Below are positions 1 through 8,652 of a stretch of DNA of 52,426 nucleotides, in pieces. Below the pieces are notes generated by a model. The model did not search any database and was not told the DNA's origin. It saw only the letters and a list, made by a program, of their open reading frames with translations. Origin of the DNA: Acidimicrobiia bacterium (GTDB taxonomy: Bacteria; Actinomycetota; Acidimicrobiia; IMCC26256; JAENVU01); NCBI GenBank assembly GCA_009694415.1, contig SHUZ01000001.1, positions 1-52,426 of the forward strand. The letters run 5' to 3'. The position numbers and the translations under genes are program-made. How positions within the stretch are numbered: position 1 is the stretch's first letter; each line of letters starts with the position of its first letter.

Positions 1-472
1 CCGCAACGCCGCGAACGTCGAGCCCGCGCGCTCTCGCGAGATCTGCAAGCGCTCCAGCCTCTTCGGGAAGGCAGCCACATCTAGGTAGTCCTACGTTCAC
101 GTCGATCAACACTTCGCGGATGCCGTTTGCTGCAGCAGCTTCAACAGTTTCGTCAGAGTCAACGGCAACGGTTACGCGTGCTTCGCAGTCGGCCATCGCG
201 CGAAGCCGCCCAACATCCACCGTTTCGTTAGCGAGAAGCAGGTCATCACCGAGACCCGCTAGGGCCATGCCAACGACTTCGCGCGGAGTCGCGCACGTGA
301 ACCCAAGGTGGCCTTGTTCGTGCTGTCGCCGTGCAAGGGACGTCGTCTTGTGCGCCTTCACATGTGGTCGACATCGTGAACCCGGTAAGGATTTGGCCAT
401 TGTGGCCAGGTTGGATCCAAGGATGTCGGCATCAATGACCAGTGCAGGTGTGGCAAGTTTACTCAGGTTCAA
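1..472 (-). CDS. PLP enzyme with alanine-racemase N-terminal domain (D-serine deaminase / D-threonine aldolase-like); N-terminal part only, continues off the left edge
   Basis: Absent from the ORF track because it runs off the window. My minus-strand translation from TTG at 472 gives MNLSKLATPALVIDADILGSNLATMAKSLPGSRCRPHVKAHKTTSLARRQ..GFTCATPREV..LLLANETV. The PHVKAHK lysine context is typical of this family. Confidence 0.6.
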   Translation of the reverse strand, partial: MNLSKLATPALVIDADILGSNLATMAKSLPGSRCRPHVKAHKTTSLARRQHEQGHLGFTCATPREVVGMALAGLGDDLLLANETVDVGRLRAMADCEARVTVAVDSDETVEAAAANGIREVLIDVNVGLPRCGCLPEEAGALADLARARGLDVRGVA

Positions 473-492
473 GTAGTTCTCCGGACTAGTCG

Positions 493-1467
493 ATGGACTC
501 CGAGCGAAAGACCGCGGCCCATCTGCGCGAGCATGGCACCCCGACAATAGGAGCGGTAGTGAGCGGCGAAACGCACGAGGCGGGTTGGTACCCAGACCCG
601 TGGGGAACTGAGGGAGAGCGCTACTACGACGGAGTGGCTTGGGCGCGCTCAGTTCGCCTCGCGGGTGGTACTGACGGACCACCTGAAGTTATGGGGATGG
701 CAGCCGATCCGGTTTTCCCAACTTCGGTAGCGCCGCCGATGGCAGATGAGGCATCGTCTGCCGCCGTGATTGGACTGCCTCCTGGTTGGTTCGCCGATCC
801 ATGGCGCGTAGCACCACTTAGATTCTGGGACGGCGACAACTGGACGGGGCATGTCAGTAAAGCCATCGAAGTTCCCAGTCCTGAACTCGAGCGCGACGCT
901 TCGCGGTGGGCACGTATTGCGATGTTGTGGGCAGGACCCGCGCTCGCCGTCTACGCGGTCGGTAATGCCTTTCAAGCGATCTGGATTGCTGATAATTGGG
1001 ATGCGATCGTCAAGGCAGATGGCCGCGTTCCGGATGGAGCGAACGAACTCGCCTCCACAATCGGCCAACTCGCGTTCTTCGCGTTCATCGCCGCGGCCGT
1101 CTTGTTTCTCATGTGGTTCCATCGCTCTGCTGTGTTTGCTGCAGGCGCAGGGCTTCCGGCGCGTCGTCGACCTCGGTTGGTCGTGGGGTCGTTCTTTATC
1201 CCAGTTGTAAATCTCTGGTGGCCCTATCAGTCCGCGTGCGACCTTTTGCCTCCAGGCCATCCCGGCAGATCGGCCATCCTTCGATGGTGGCTCCTGTGTA
1301 TCGGTTCTTTGGTAGCGGGCATCTCGATCGTCGCGAGTGCGTTCCTAGGGACGGTCGCCTTGGCGGCCGCGACGGCGATCGCCGCAGGGTTATCGGTGTT
1401 AGCTGCGTTCGCTGCACGCGCGATCATCGACACAGTGGTTACAGCTCACGCCGATCTCGCTGGATAA
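493..1467 (+). CDS. Membrane protein with two DUF2510-like repeats and a DUF4328-like multi-TM C-terminal half
   Basis: 324-aa ORF. It carries GWYPDPWGTEGERYYDGVAW and GWFADPWRVAPLRFWDGDNWTG repeats, followed by a hydrophobic C-terminal half. Confidence 0.7.
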   Translation: MDSERKTAAHLREHGTPTIGAVVSGETHEAGWYPDPWGTEGERYYDGVAWARSVRLAGGTDGPPEVMGMAADPVFPTSVAPPMADEASSAAVIGLPPGWFADPWRVAPLRFWDGDNWTGHVSKAIEVPSPELERDASRWARIAMLWAGPALAVYAVGNAFQAIWIADNWDAIVKADGRVPDGANELASTIGQLAFFAFIAAAVLFLMWFHRSAVFAAGAGLPARRRPRLVVGSFFIPVVNLWWPYQSACDLLPPGHPGRSAILRWWLLCIGSLVAGISIVASAFLGTVALAAATAIAAGLSVLAAFAARAIIDTVVTAHADLAG

Positions 1468-1487
1468 CGGATCGGTTTTACCGGTCA

Positions 1488-2255
1488 CTATTGGCCAGTC
1501 CAGCGGGGTGCGCGCTTCTCCGCGAATGCTGTGGCGCCTTCTATTGCGTCGGGAGAGGCGAATACATCCATCGCTAGCGAGAAGTTGCGCGTCCAGGCAT
1601 CTTCTTCGGTGAGGCCTCCTGCTTCGCGCACCATCTTCAGCGAGTTGCGAACCGCGAGCGGGCCATTGGCTGCGATGCGATCGGCGAGAGCACATGCCTC
1701 GTCCATGACCTGCTCCGCAGGCACGACGCGGTTGACGAGGCCGAGTTCGTACGCGCGATTCGCGTCTATTGGTTCGCCGGTAATAGCGATCTCTGTAGCG
1801 ACAGCGAGGGGGATGCGACGCGGGAGACGGATGAGTCCACCAGCGGCCGCGAATAATCCGCGCTTGGCCTCGGGGAGACCGAAGGTCGCATGATCGGCGG
1901 CGACTACGAGGTCGCACGCGAGCATTATTTCGAAGCCACCGGCGAGGGCTGGACCATTGATTGCAGCGATTAGAGGTTTCGGGAACTCGCGTCGGATAAT
2001 TCCCGCAAAGTTGCCGCGCTCGGTAGCCATCTCTGCGCCGCGACCCTGTGCGATCAATTTGAGGTCGGCACCAGCGCAAAAGGTTGGACCAGCTCCGGTC
2101 ACGATTACCGCCTGCACCGTCGCATCGGCTTCGAATGTGTCGAGAGCAGATTCAACGCCCTGCGCAAGGTCGCCGTTCACTGCATTGCGCGCCTCGGGGC
2201 GATTGAGAGTGATGATTCCTACGCCACCGCGCTGTTCGGTTTCTACGGCCGCCAT
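1488..2255 (-). CDS. Enoyl-CoA hydratase/isomerase (crotonase family)
   Basis: 255-aa ORF with GIITLNRPEARNA, FCAGADLK and ALAGGFEIMLACD crotonase signatures. Confidence 0.9.
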   Translation of the reverse strand: MAAVETEQRGGVGIITLNRPEARNAVNGDLAQGVESALDTFEADATVQAVIVTGAGPTFCAGADLKLIAQGRGAEMATERGNFAGIIRREFPKPLIAAINGPALAGGFEIMLACDLVVAADHATFGLPEAKRGLFAAAGGLIRLPRRIPLAVATEIAITGEPIDANRAYELGLVNRVVPAEQVMDEACALADRIAANGPLAVRNSLKMVREAGGLTEEDAWTRNFSLAMDVFASPDAIEGATAFAEKRAPRWTGQ

Positions 2256-2293
2256 CGTTCCTCCGGTTCAGATTGTTATGTGAGGTTCGGAGA

Positions 2294-3553
2294 CTAGGGC
2301 GCTTCGACCGCTCCGGCAGCCTCGCCGTGGAACGCAGTGGGTGGGGCTCTGAGTCCATCGGTGAATCGCGGATACGCGATACGGGCGATGGCGAGGATGG
2401 CGAGCATCAGAATCGCGGTACCGGCGGTCGTTGCGCGTAGGCCGATGACGTCAGCGATCTGCCCCTGAATAATGCTTCCGAGGGGATAGAGGGTGCCGAG
2501 CACGAGGATCAGTAGGGAGAGGACTCTGCCTCGTAACGCGGCTGGCACTCGAAGTTGGGCGATGCTCATGAAGCTGGATAGCGCTCCTAGATACAGAAAG
2601 CCGACTAACAGAATCGCGATAAATGACACTTGGATGGTCGGTGCGATCGCGTAGAAAAACAGCGCTGGGGGGAGGCCCCAAAGAACAGCGAAGAGCACGC
2701 GACCGCTCCCGAAGCGCGCTGCGAGTGAAGCCAAGGTGAAGCCCATCGCTACTGCGCCAATGCCCTGAGCGGTTACGAGTGCCGCGGTTCCGCCAGCTCC
2801 CGTGTCAAATACGAGTTGAGACATGGCTGGGATGAGCGCGATGAATGGTGCGGCAAGGAACGTGTTCAAGATCATGTATGCGACGACAATCCGCAATGCC
2901 GGATCGTTTTTTGTATACGAGACACCTTGACGGAACGACTCGAACATCGAAACGCCGCCGTGGTGCGCGGGCGGGGGGAGACGTAACAAGATGATGACGA
3001 TGATCACCGCGAAAAAACTGATTGCGTTCAAGCCGAAGGCCAATGCGTATCCCCCGAGTCCGATGACGATGCCAGCGAGGGCAGGTCCGATAATGCGTCC
3101 GAGGTTCCACTGTGCAGACGACAGTGCAACCGCCCCTACGAGATCTTCCGGAGGGACGAGATCTGGCAGCAGGGTTTGATAGGTGGGGAAACCGATTGCT
3201 TGAGCGCAGCCGCCAGCGAAGACGATGAGCGTGACGGTGATCGGAGACGGTGTTCCGGTTGAGGCCAGGTAAGTCAGAACGGCGGCGAGCAAAATCTGAA
3301 TTGTTGTTGTGGTCAGGAGCAACATCCGTCGCGAGAGGCGATCTGCGAGTATGCCTCCAAGTGGCCCTAAGAGGCCGCCGGGTAAGAAGCCTGCAGCCGC
3401 GACCAATCCAGTCCAGCCTGGGTCTCCCGTCTGGGCCGTCAGGAGAATCCCCACTCCGACGGTTTCCATCCATGTGCCGATATTGGAGACGAAGGCAGCC
3501 GTCCACAACATTGCGAACTCGCGATGACGAAGTGGCGCTAGGGATCGGTTCAC
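2294..3553 (-). CDS. MFS transporter (EntS/MFS_3-like exporter)
   Basis: 419-aa ORF with a 12-TM-type hydrophobic profile. N-terminus REFAMLWTAAFVSNIGTWM is typical of this MFS subfamily. Confidence 0.85.
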   Translation of the reverse strand: MNRSLAPLRHREFAMLWTAAFVSNIGTWMETVGVGILLTAQTGDPGWTGLVAAAGFLPGGLLGPLGGILADRLSRRMLLLTTTTIQILLAAVLTYLASTGTPSPITVTLIVFAGGCAQAIGFPTYQTLLPDLVPPEDLVGAVALSSAQWNLGRIIGPALAGIVIGLGGYALAFGLNAISFFAVIIVIILLRLPPPAHHGGVSMFESFRQGVSYTKNDPALRIVVAYMILNTFLAAPFIALIPAMSQLVFDTGAGGTAALVTAQGIGAVAMGFTLASLAARFGSGRVLFAVLWGLPPALFFYAIAPTIQVSFIAILLVGFLYLGALSSFMSIAQLRVPAALRGRVLSLLILVLGTLYPLGSIIQGQIADVIGLRATTAGTAILMLAILAIARIAYPRFTDGLRAPPTAFHGEAAGAVEAP

Positions 3554-3600
3554 AGGAAAGTCACGGTATCGCCCCTACAAATCGTGGCATCCTTGTTGGC

Positions 3601-4410
3601 GTGCGAGGGAGAGCAAGGCTGGTGCTCTGGATGGCGCCGTTCATCATCGTTGGATGTGGTGGTGGCGGTGAGAACCTAGATGGTTCAACGTTCAAGACTT
3701 CAAGCGATCGACCTAGTTCGACGAGTGAAGTGACTGTTGCGCCTACAGCGAGCACTGCTACTTCTGTAGCGACTACTACAACGCTGCCAGAGGGAATGCC
3801 TGTCGGAGACGATACGACCGTCGTGTCGGTAACGGATGGCGACACAATCGTCGTGGCGGGTGGCACGCGAGTGCGTCTCATCGGCATTGATACTCCCGAG
3901 ACGCGCGATCCGCGAAAACCGGTGCAGTGTTATGGAAAGGAAGCGTCAGCGCACGCGCGTGCTCTCATGTCCGTCGGGTCGGGCGTTCGACTCGTTTATG
4001 ACGTCGAGCATTTCGATCGGTACGACAGAACGCTCGCATACGTTTACCGCTTGTCTGATGGGGCGTTTGTGAATGCGTCGCTTGTTCGAGACGGCTACGC
4101 GCAGTCATACACGTATCCACCGAACGTTCGTCATGCCGACGAGTTCGTCGCCTTGGCGCGCGAAGCCAGGGAAGCAGGCCGTGGATTATGGAGTGCTTGT
4201 AGCGGTTTTGGTGTGCCTGCGGCGGCAGCTGGCCCTGCCACCGCGCCTGGTGCGGTAACCGGATGTGATGCTGCATACCCAGGCGTGTGCATTGCGCCGT
4301 ACCCGCCCGATCTTGACTGCGGCGAGGTCGCTTATAAGAGGTTTACCGTGCTCGCGCCAGACCCGCATGGGTTCGACAGAGACCAAGACGGCGTTGGATG
4401 TCAGACTTAG
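3601..4410 (+). CDS. Secreted thermonuclease (SNase-like) lipoprotein with C-terminal Excalibur Ca-binding domain
   Basis: The ORF-track frame is 3250..4410, but its 5' part overlaps the MFS gene. GTG 3601 (alternative ATG 3631) gives the signal/lipobox (M)RGRARLVLWMAPFIIVGC. SNase core: VRLIGIDTPE..CYGKEA..DRYDRTLAYV. C-terminal DRDQDGVGC is Excalibur-like. Confidence 0.8.
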   Translation: MRGRARLVLWMAPFIIVGCGGGGENLDGSTFKTSSDRPSSTSEVTVAPTASTATSVATTTTLPEGMPVGDDTTVVSVTDGDTIVVAGGTRVRLIGIDTPETRDPRKPVQCYGKEASAHARALMSVGSGVRLVYDVEHFDRYDRTLAYVYRLSDGAFVNASLVRDGYAQSYTYPPNVRHADEFVALAREAREAGRGLWSACSGFGVPAAAAGPATAPGAVTGCDAAYPGVCIAPYPPDLDCGEVAYKRFTVLAPDPHGFDRDQDGVGCQT

Positions 4411-4413
4411 GAC

Positions 4414-4692
4414 GTGGAACGCGAGCCGCGCCCCGGCGGGCGTATTGTCGAGGCGGGCAATTTTGCTACTCGGTACGAAGCGCAATCGGCGATGCACCTC
4501 CTCGAAGAGAATGGGATACAGGCATCGGGCAAGTTCGGTGATGCCGATGGATGGGCACCGAACTTTGCGCTCGTCGATGGATACCGGGTGTTGGTGTTCG
4601 ACGACGACCTCGAAAAGGCGAAGGAACTTTTGGCAGAAGAAGCGCTCGCAGAGGCTGAGACCGAAGCCGACCCGGATCCCGAATCGGGCTAG
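4414..4692 (+). CDS. Small acidic protein, DUF2007-like (putative signal-transducing fold)
   Basis: 92-aa ORF with a GTG start 4 nt after the nuclease stop. The family call is weak. Confidence 0.45.
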   Translation: MEREPRPGGRIVEAGNFATRYEAQSAMHLLEENGIQASGKFGDADGWAPNFALVDGYRVLVFDDDLEKAKELLAEEALAEAETEADPDPESG

Positions 4693-4704
4693 CTCCGTTT
4701 GCGG

Positions 4705-5664
4705 CTAGCCCGAAGAGAGTGTTTTCCAAAGCGCTCTGTAGTTCGAATACTCGAGACCCGGTTGTACATAACCGGCGGAGATCAACTCGCGGTGCAGGGC
4801 AGGCAGCGATCGGTAACCGATACCGGCGTCTACATGATGGGCGAGATGCCAACCCGTGTTGTACGGAACGATCGTCAGTCTGGCGGGCCAAGACTGGAGG
4901 ACAGAGTGCGTCGTCTCGCGCCGGTCGCTGGAGGCCTTCATCCCACCGTGTTCGGCGATGCTGCGCAAGCGATTCATCACGCGCCACACCGTATGCATTG
5001 GAAGTTGCCAAAGCAGTAGGTAGAGCCACGGGTGACCAGCTAGCACGAAGACTAGGAGCAGCACTGCTTGTACTAGGAAGATTGAGATCGCTTGGCGACG
5101 CACATCGGGATCATCGCTACGTATCGCGCGGAAGAGGCCGTGTGTTTGTTTCCAGCCCGTTTTCCCCATCGCGTCACGAGTGAGTTTGCGGCGCATCGAG
5201 TCGCGCTGCATCGGGTAGCCGCGGTATAGCGGAATGTCAGGCTCGTTCGGCCCAAACTCTTCTCGGTGATGCGCCATGTGTCCCCGTCGGTATAGATCGA
5301 TCGGAACCATGACCGGGTAGCCGAGGAACCATTTTCCGACGAAGTCGTTGGCCCGCTTGTTCGCGAATAGAAGACGGTGAGCGGCTTCGTGCATGAGGAT
5401 GTTAAACCGGCAGATCATCGGCCCCATCGCAAGAAACGCGACGAGCCACACGACTGGTTGGTTTAGCCAAACAGCGGTCGCGATGATGCCGATTGTTATG
5501 GCGTAGAGAAGGACGACGCTGAGTGCGTTCCGCAGGGCAGGTACGCGACGCAGGCGTTCGCGCAGTTCCGGGAGAGGCTTACCCGAGGGGGATATGGGTC
5601 CGGAGGGGTCGGGAGGGACCAAGAGACCGGAATCCGGCACCATGCTGTGCGCCACAAGAAGCAA
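4705..5664 (-). CDS. Membrane fatty-acid desaturase family protein
   Basis: 319-aa ORF with three His boxes (HEAAHR, HMAHHR, HLAHHV) and TM segments. Confidence 0.85.
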   Translation of the reverse strand: MLLVAHSMVPDSGLLVPPDPSGPISPSGKPLPELRERLRRVPALRNALSVVLLYAITIGIIATAVWLNQPVVWLVAFLAMGPMICRFNILMHEAAHRLLFANKRANDFVGKWFLGYPVMVPIDLYRRGHMAHHREEFGPNEPDIPLYRGYPMQRDSMRRKLTRDAMGKTGWKQTHGLFRAIRSDDPDVRRQAISIFLVQAVLLLVFVLAGHPWLYLLLWQLPMHTVWRVMNRLRSIAEHGGMKASSDRRETTHSVLQSWPARLTIVPYNTGWHLAHHVDAGIGYRSLPALHRELISAGYVQPGLEYSNYRALWKTLSSG

Positions 5665-5704
5665 GGATACGAGAAAGGCACCAACAATCGCCCCACCAGG
5701 GCCA

Positions 5705-5769
5705 CCCCTAAGGGCGATCTCGGCACGTTCGAGGCCCTTATAGGGCCCGTAACGTGCCGAGATCGCCCT
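5705..5769. repeat. Palindromic intergenic element, copy A
   Basis: cccctaAGGGCGATCTCGGCACGTTCGAGGCCCTTATAGGGCCCGTAACGTGCCGAGATCGCCCT. It has 19-bp perfect arms. It lies 29 bp downstream of the P450 stop and upstream of the desaturase start. Confidence 0.9.
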
Positions 5770-5798
5770 GTTGGGTTTCTTATTGGCTTGCTAGGTCG

Positions 5799-7043
5799 CT
5801 ACTTGGTTGGTGTGAACTCGCAGGGCATGCGCTTTATTCCATGTATGAACGAAGACTGCAGCAAGGCCGGCTCTGCTGTGATCTCGAGATCAGGCAATCG
5901 CTGGAACAACTGCTCGAACATGACCCTGATTTCCCGTCGCGCAAGATTTGCGCCCAAACAGAAGTGGGGTCCGCCGCCTCCGTAACCGCCGTGGGGATTC
6001 GGTGAACGCATGATGTCGAACTTGTACGGATCCTCAAATGCGCGTTCGTCGCGGTTAGCCGAGTTGAACCACATAACCACCTTGTCGCCTTCAGCAATGC
6101 GCTGCCCGGAAATCTCTGTGTCCTGTGTTGCAGTACGGCGGAAATGGATCACCGGTGTAGCCCATCGAACGATTTCTTCGACGGCATTCACGGCATGCCC
6201 ATCAAAGTCAGCGCGCCAAAGTGCCTTCTGATCTGGATTGTTGTGGAGCACCCACATGCCATGACTAATCGCCGTACGTGTCGTCTCGTTACCGGCAACG
6301 ACGAGCAGGATAAAGAACGAAGCAAACTCTCCCAGAGTGAGACGTTCGCCGTCTACCTCCGCATGCATCAGCGTCGTAGCAATGTCATCGGCAGGATTGT
6401 CGAGTCGGTCTTGGCCGATCTCCATCGCCATTTGGTATAGAACCATGAAGGCCCCCATCAGGTCTTCTATGTTCTGCACGTACTCGGGATCCCCGACGCC
6501 AAGAATCACGTTTGACTGCGCGAGCACGCTTTGTTCCATCGATGGAGGCACTCCAACCATGTCGCACACGATCTGCAAAGGCATCGGCGCAGCTAGTTCC
6601 GAAACGAAGTCGCACTGTCCCTTTTCCGCGACCGCATCGATAACTTCGTTCGTGCGCAGACGTACATTCTCGAGGACATCGTTCAGCGCCTTCGGGGTGA
6701 ATCCAGCGCTAACGAGATTGCGCAACTTCTTGTGGCGCGGGTCGTCCATGTTGATGATCGACCCGATGAAGTCCGATACTTCTTGGGGTATATCGCCAAT
6801 GTTGGTGCCGCCGCGACCGGAACAGAAAATATCCGCATGTCGGCTCGTGTAGATGATGTCGTCGCAGCGCGTGAGGGCCCAGAATCCGGGTCCTTGTGGG
6901 TATCCCTCGATAAGCGGTTCGCTGTGAAACGAAATTGGCGCTTCGTCCCTCAGCAACTTGAACGCCGCTTCACGTTCTTTCTCGGGAGCAGCCCAGAACT
7001 CGAGGTCACCTAGGCATATATCGTCAATTGCAAGTTCCGACAC
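5799..7043 (-). CDS. Cytochrome P450
   Basis: 414-aa ORF with the heme-thiolate loop YGGGGPHFCLGANLARRE. GTG start preceded by AAGGAG 9 nt upstream. Confidence 0.9.
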   Translation of the reverse strand: MSELAIDDICLGDLEFWAAPEKEREAAFKLLRDEAPISFHSEPLIEGYPQGPGFWALTRCDDIIYTSRHADIFCSGRGGTNIGDIPQEVSDFIGSIINMDDPRHKKLRNLVSAGFTPKALNDVLENVRLRTNEVIDAVAEKGQCDFVSELAAPMPLQIVCDMVGVPPSMEQSVLAQSNVILGVGDPEYVQNIEDLMGAFMVLYQMAMEIGQDRLDNPADDIATTLMHAEVDGERLTLGEFASFFILLVVAGNETTRTAISHGMWVLHNNPDQKALWRADFDGHAVNAVEEIVRWATPVIHFRRTATQDTEISGQRIAEGDKVVMWFNSANRDERAFEDPYKFDIMRSPNPHGGYGGGGPHFCLGANLARREIRVMFEQLFQRLPDLEITAEPALLQSSFIHGIKRMPCEFTPTK

Positions 7044-7093
7044 GGGTCAAGTACTCCTTGGTGGTAGTGGCCACGCGACGCTAGCGTGCCGCT

Positions 7094-7975
7094 GTGCAAT
7101 TTTCGATAGGCCTGCCAGTTGACCATGTCGACAAGCCTGAAGAGTTTGTGACGGGTGCGGCGATCGCGGAGATGTCCGCTGCGGCCGAAGAAGCTGGATT
7201 CGACGCCGTATACGTGACAGACCACCCAGCGCCGGACGATCGTTGGCTCGACACCGGGGGGCATCACGCTCTTGACCCGCTGATAGCGCTCGCCTTTGCT
7301 GCAGCTTCTACAACATCGATTCGATTACACACCCACATCTATGTTGCGGCCTACCGCAATCCTTTTCTAGCGGCGAAGGGCGTCGCTACTCTCGACGCGT
7401 TGTCGGGGGGCCGCGTGATACTCGGCGTCGCCGCGGGTTACCTGCGCCCAGAGTTCGGTGCGCTCGGCGTCGACTTTGATCTACGAAATGATCTGCTCGA
7501 AGAATCGATCGCCGTTATGAAACGGGTATGGACTGAAGATTCTGTAGCTATCGAAGGCAGTGGTTACCGCGCACGCGGCGTGACCCAACGCCCGCGCCCG
7601 GCGCAGCGGCCGCACCCTCCAATTTGGATTGGAGGAAACAGCATGCGCGCTATGAGGCGAGCGGTCGACATCGGGCAAGGTTGGTCACCGTTTCCTAACC
7701 CCCCAACTGTGGCGCTAGCCGTGAAGACCCCGTCCATTTCGAACGTCGATGAGTTGGCATCGCGCCTCGATGCCGCAAAGGAATACGCGAACTCGGTAGG
7801 GCGCACAGAGACAATGGATGTCTCCTTCGCGCGATTCGAATCGGATCACGACCCAGACGACTATGCGACGATCGGTGTTACGTGGCTGACATCACAACTC
7901 GATGGCCATCCCACTCGTGACTCTTGGATTGATGGGGTGCGTGAGCTCGCCGCGGACCTATGTCTTGGCAATTGA
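7094..7975 (+). CDS. LLM-class (luciferase-like) F420-dependent oxidoreductase
   Basis: 293-aa ORF with a GTG start. Signature stretch: HHALDPLIALAFAAASTTSIRLHTHIYVAAYRNPFLAAKGVATLDALSGGRVILGVAAGY, as in the luciferase-like monooxygenase family. Confidence 0.8.
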   Translation: MQFSIGLPVDHVDKPEEFVTGAAIAEMSAAAEEAGFDAVYVTDHPAPDDRWLDTGGHHALDPLIALAFAAASTTSIRLHTHIYVAAYRNPFLAAKGVATLDALSGGRVILGVAAGYLRPEFGALGVDFDLRNDLLEESIAVMKRVWTEDSVAIEGSGYRARGVTQRPRPAQRPHPPIWIGGNSMRAMRRAVDIGQGWSPFPNPPTVALAVKTPSISNVDELASRLDAAKEYANSVGRTETMDVSFARFESDHDPDDYATIGVTWLTSQLDGHPTRDSWIDGVRELAADLCLGN

Positions 7976-8043
7976 TGACAGTGGAAGCGATGACCGCACA
8001 CCCGTAAAGAACCCCGCTTTCGAACCGCGACTACGATTGCACC

Positions 8044-8652
8044 ATGGCAACGAGTGACCAGAAAAAATACGGGGTTTGGGTAGTGGTCGCTCTAGGTGTC
8101 GTTCTTGTGGCGGTACTTGGGTTCGCGCTGTTCCTATTGTTCGCCCGTGGTGGGGGAGACGAGGGGGACAAGAACGCGCAGCAGTGGGCGACTGATGTTT
8201 GTGAATCTGCAAATACGTGGTTTGACGACGTCACCTCCCTCGACGGTTTCATGAATGATCCGAACCCAGGTTCAAATGGGTTTAGCGATGCAATCGCTAA
8301 GAAACTCGCCGATATTCAAATAGCAACGAAAGATTTGGCTACTCAACTAGAAGATGTCGGCCTCCCAGATACTGAAAAGGGGCGACAAACTGAAGACCGA
8401 GTTCGTGAATCGATTGCATCTGTTGAGAAACGCGTGAAGACCGCCGAGCGCGCGATCGCTCGCGCGAAAAAGGGTGGCGTCTTAGCGATTGTCACCGCGG
8501 TCGCCACGATTGTCACTCAAATTTCCGAGGTTCGAACTGAGGTTGAGGATGCAGTCAAAGAACTCAGCGACATAGATGCAGGCGGAGAAATATCGCGGGC
8601 GTTCGAGTCATCTGCTGCATGTAAAGACCTGCGTTCTGCCGTAGGTGGATGA
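8044..8652 (+). CDS. Hypothetical single-pass membrane-anchored protein with helical ectodomain
   Basis: 202-aa ORF. N-terminal TM segment VWVVVALGVVLVAVLGFALFLLF is followed by a charged helical region with two Cys. The 8220-8400 stretch is locally AT-richer. Confidence 0.6.
   Translation: MATSDQKKYGVWVVVALGVVLVAVLGFALFLLFARGGGDEGDKNAQQWATDVCESANTWFDDVTSLDGFMNDPNPGSNGFSDAIAKKLADIQIATKDLATQLEDVGLPDTEKGRQTEDRVRESIASVEKRVKTAERAIARAKKGGVLAIVTAVATIVTQISEVRTEVEDAVKELSDIDAGGEISRAFESSAACKDLRSAVGG

Noticed and set aside
649-2079. Numerous 60-230-aa ORFs antisense to or overlapping annotated genes, e.g. 649..1260(-), 1399..2079(-), 49048..49791(-), 42439..43169(+).
   Set aside because: They show Arg/Ser/Pro/Thr-rich shadow-frame composition, have no recognisable motifs, and are fully embedded in well-supported CDSs.
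5647-5985. A 112-aa plus-strand ORF (and related small ORFs) spanning repeat copy A, and the GTG 34608 start of the ipdC-like ORF.
   Set aside because: These reading frames are seeded by the palindromic element. The same LGTFEAL peptide recurs wherever the element occurs, and the frames overlap the P450 3' end antisense. They are not independent genes.
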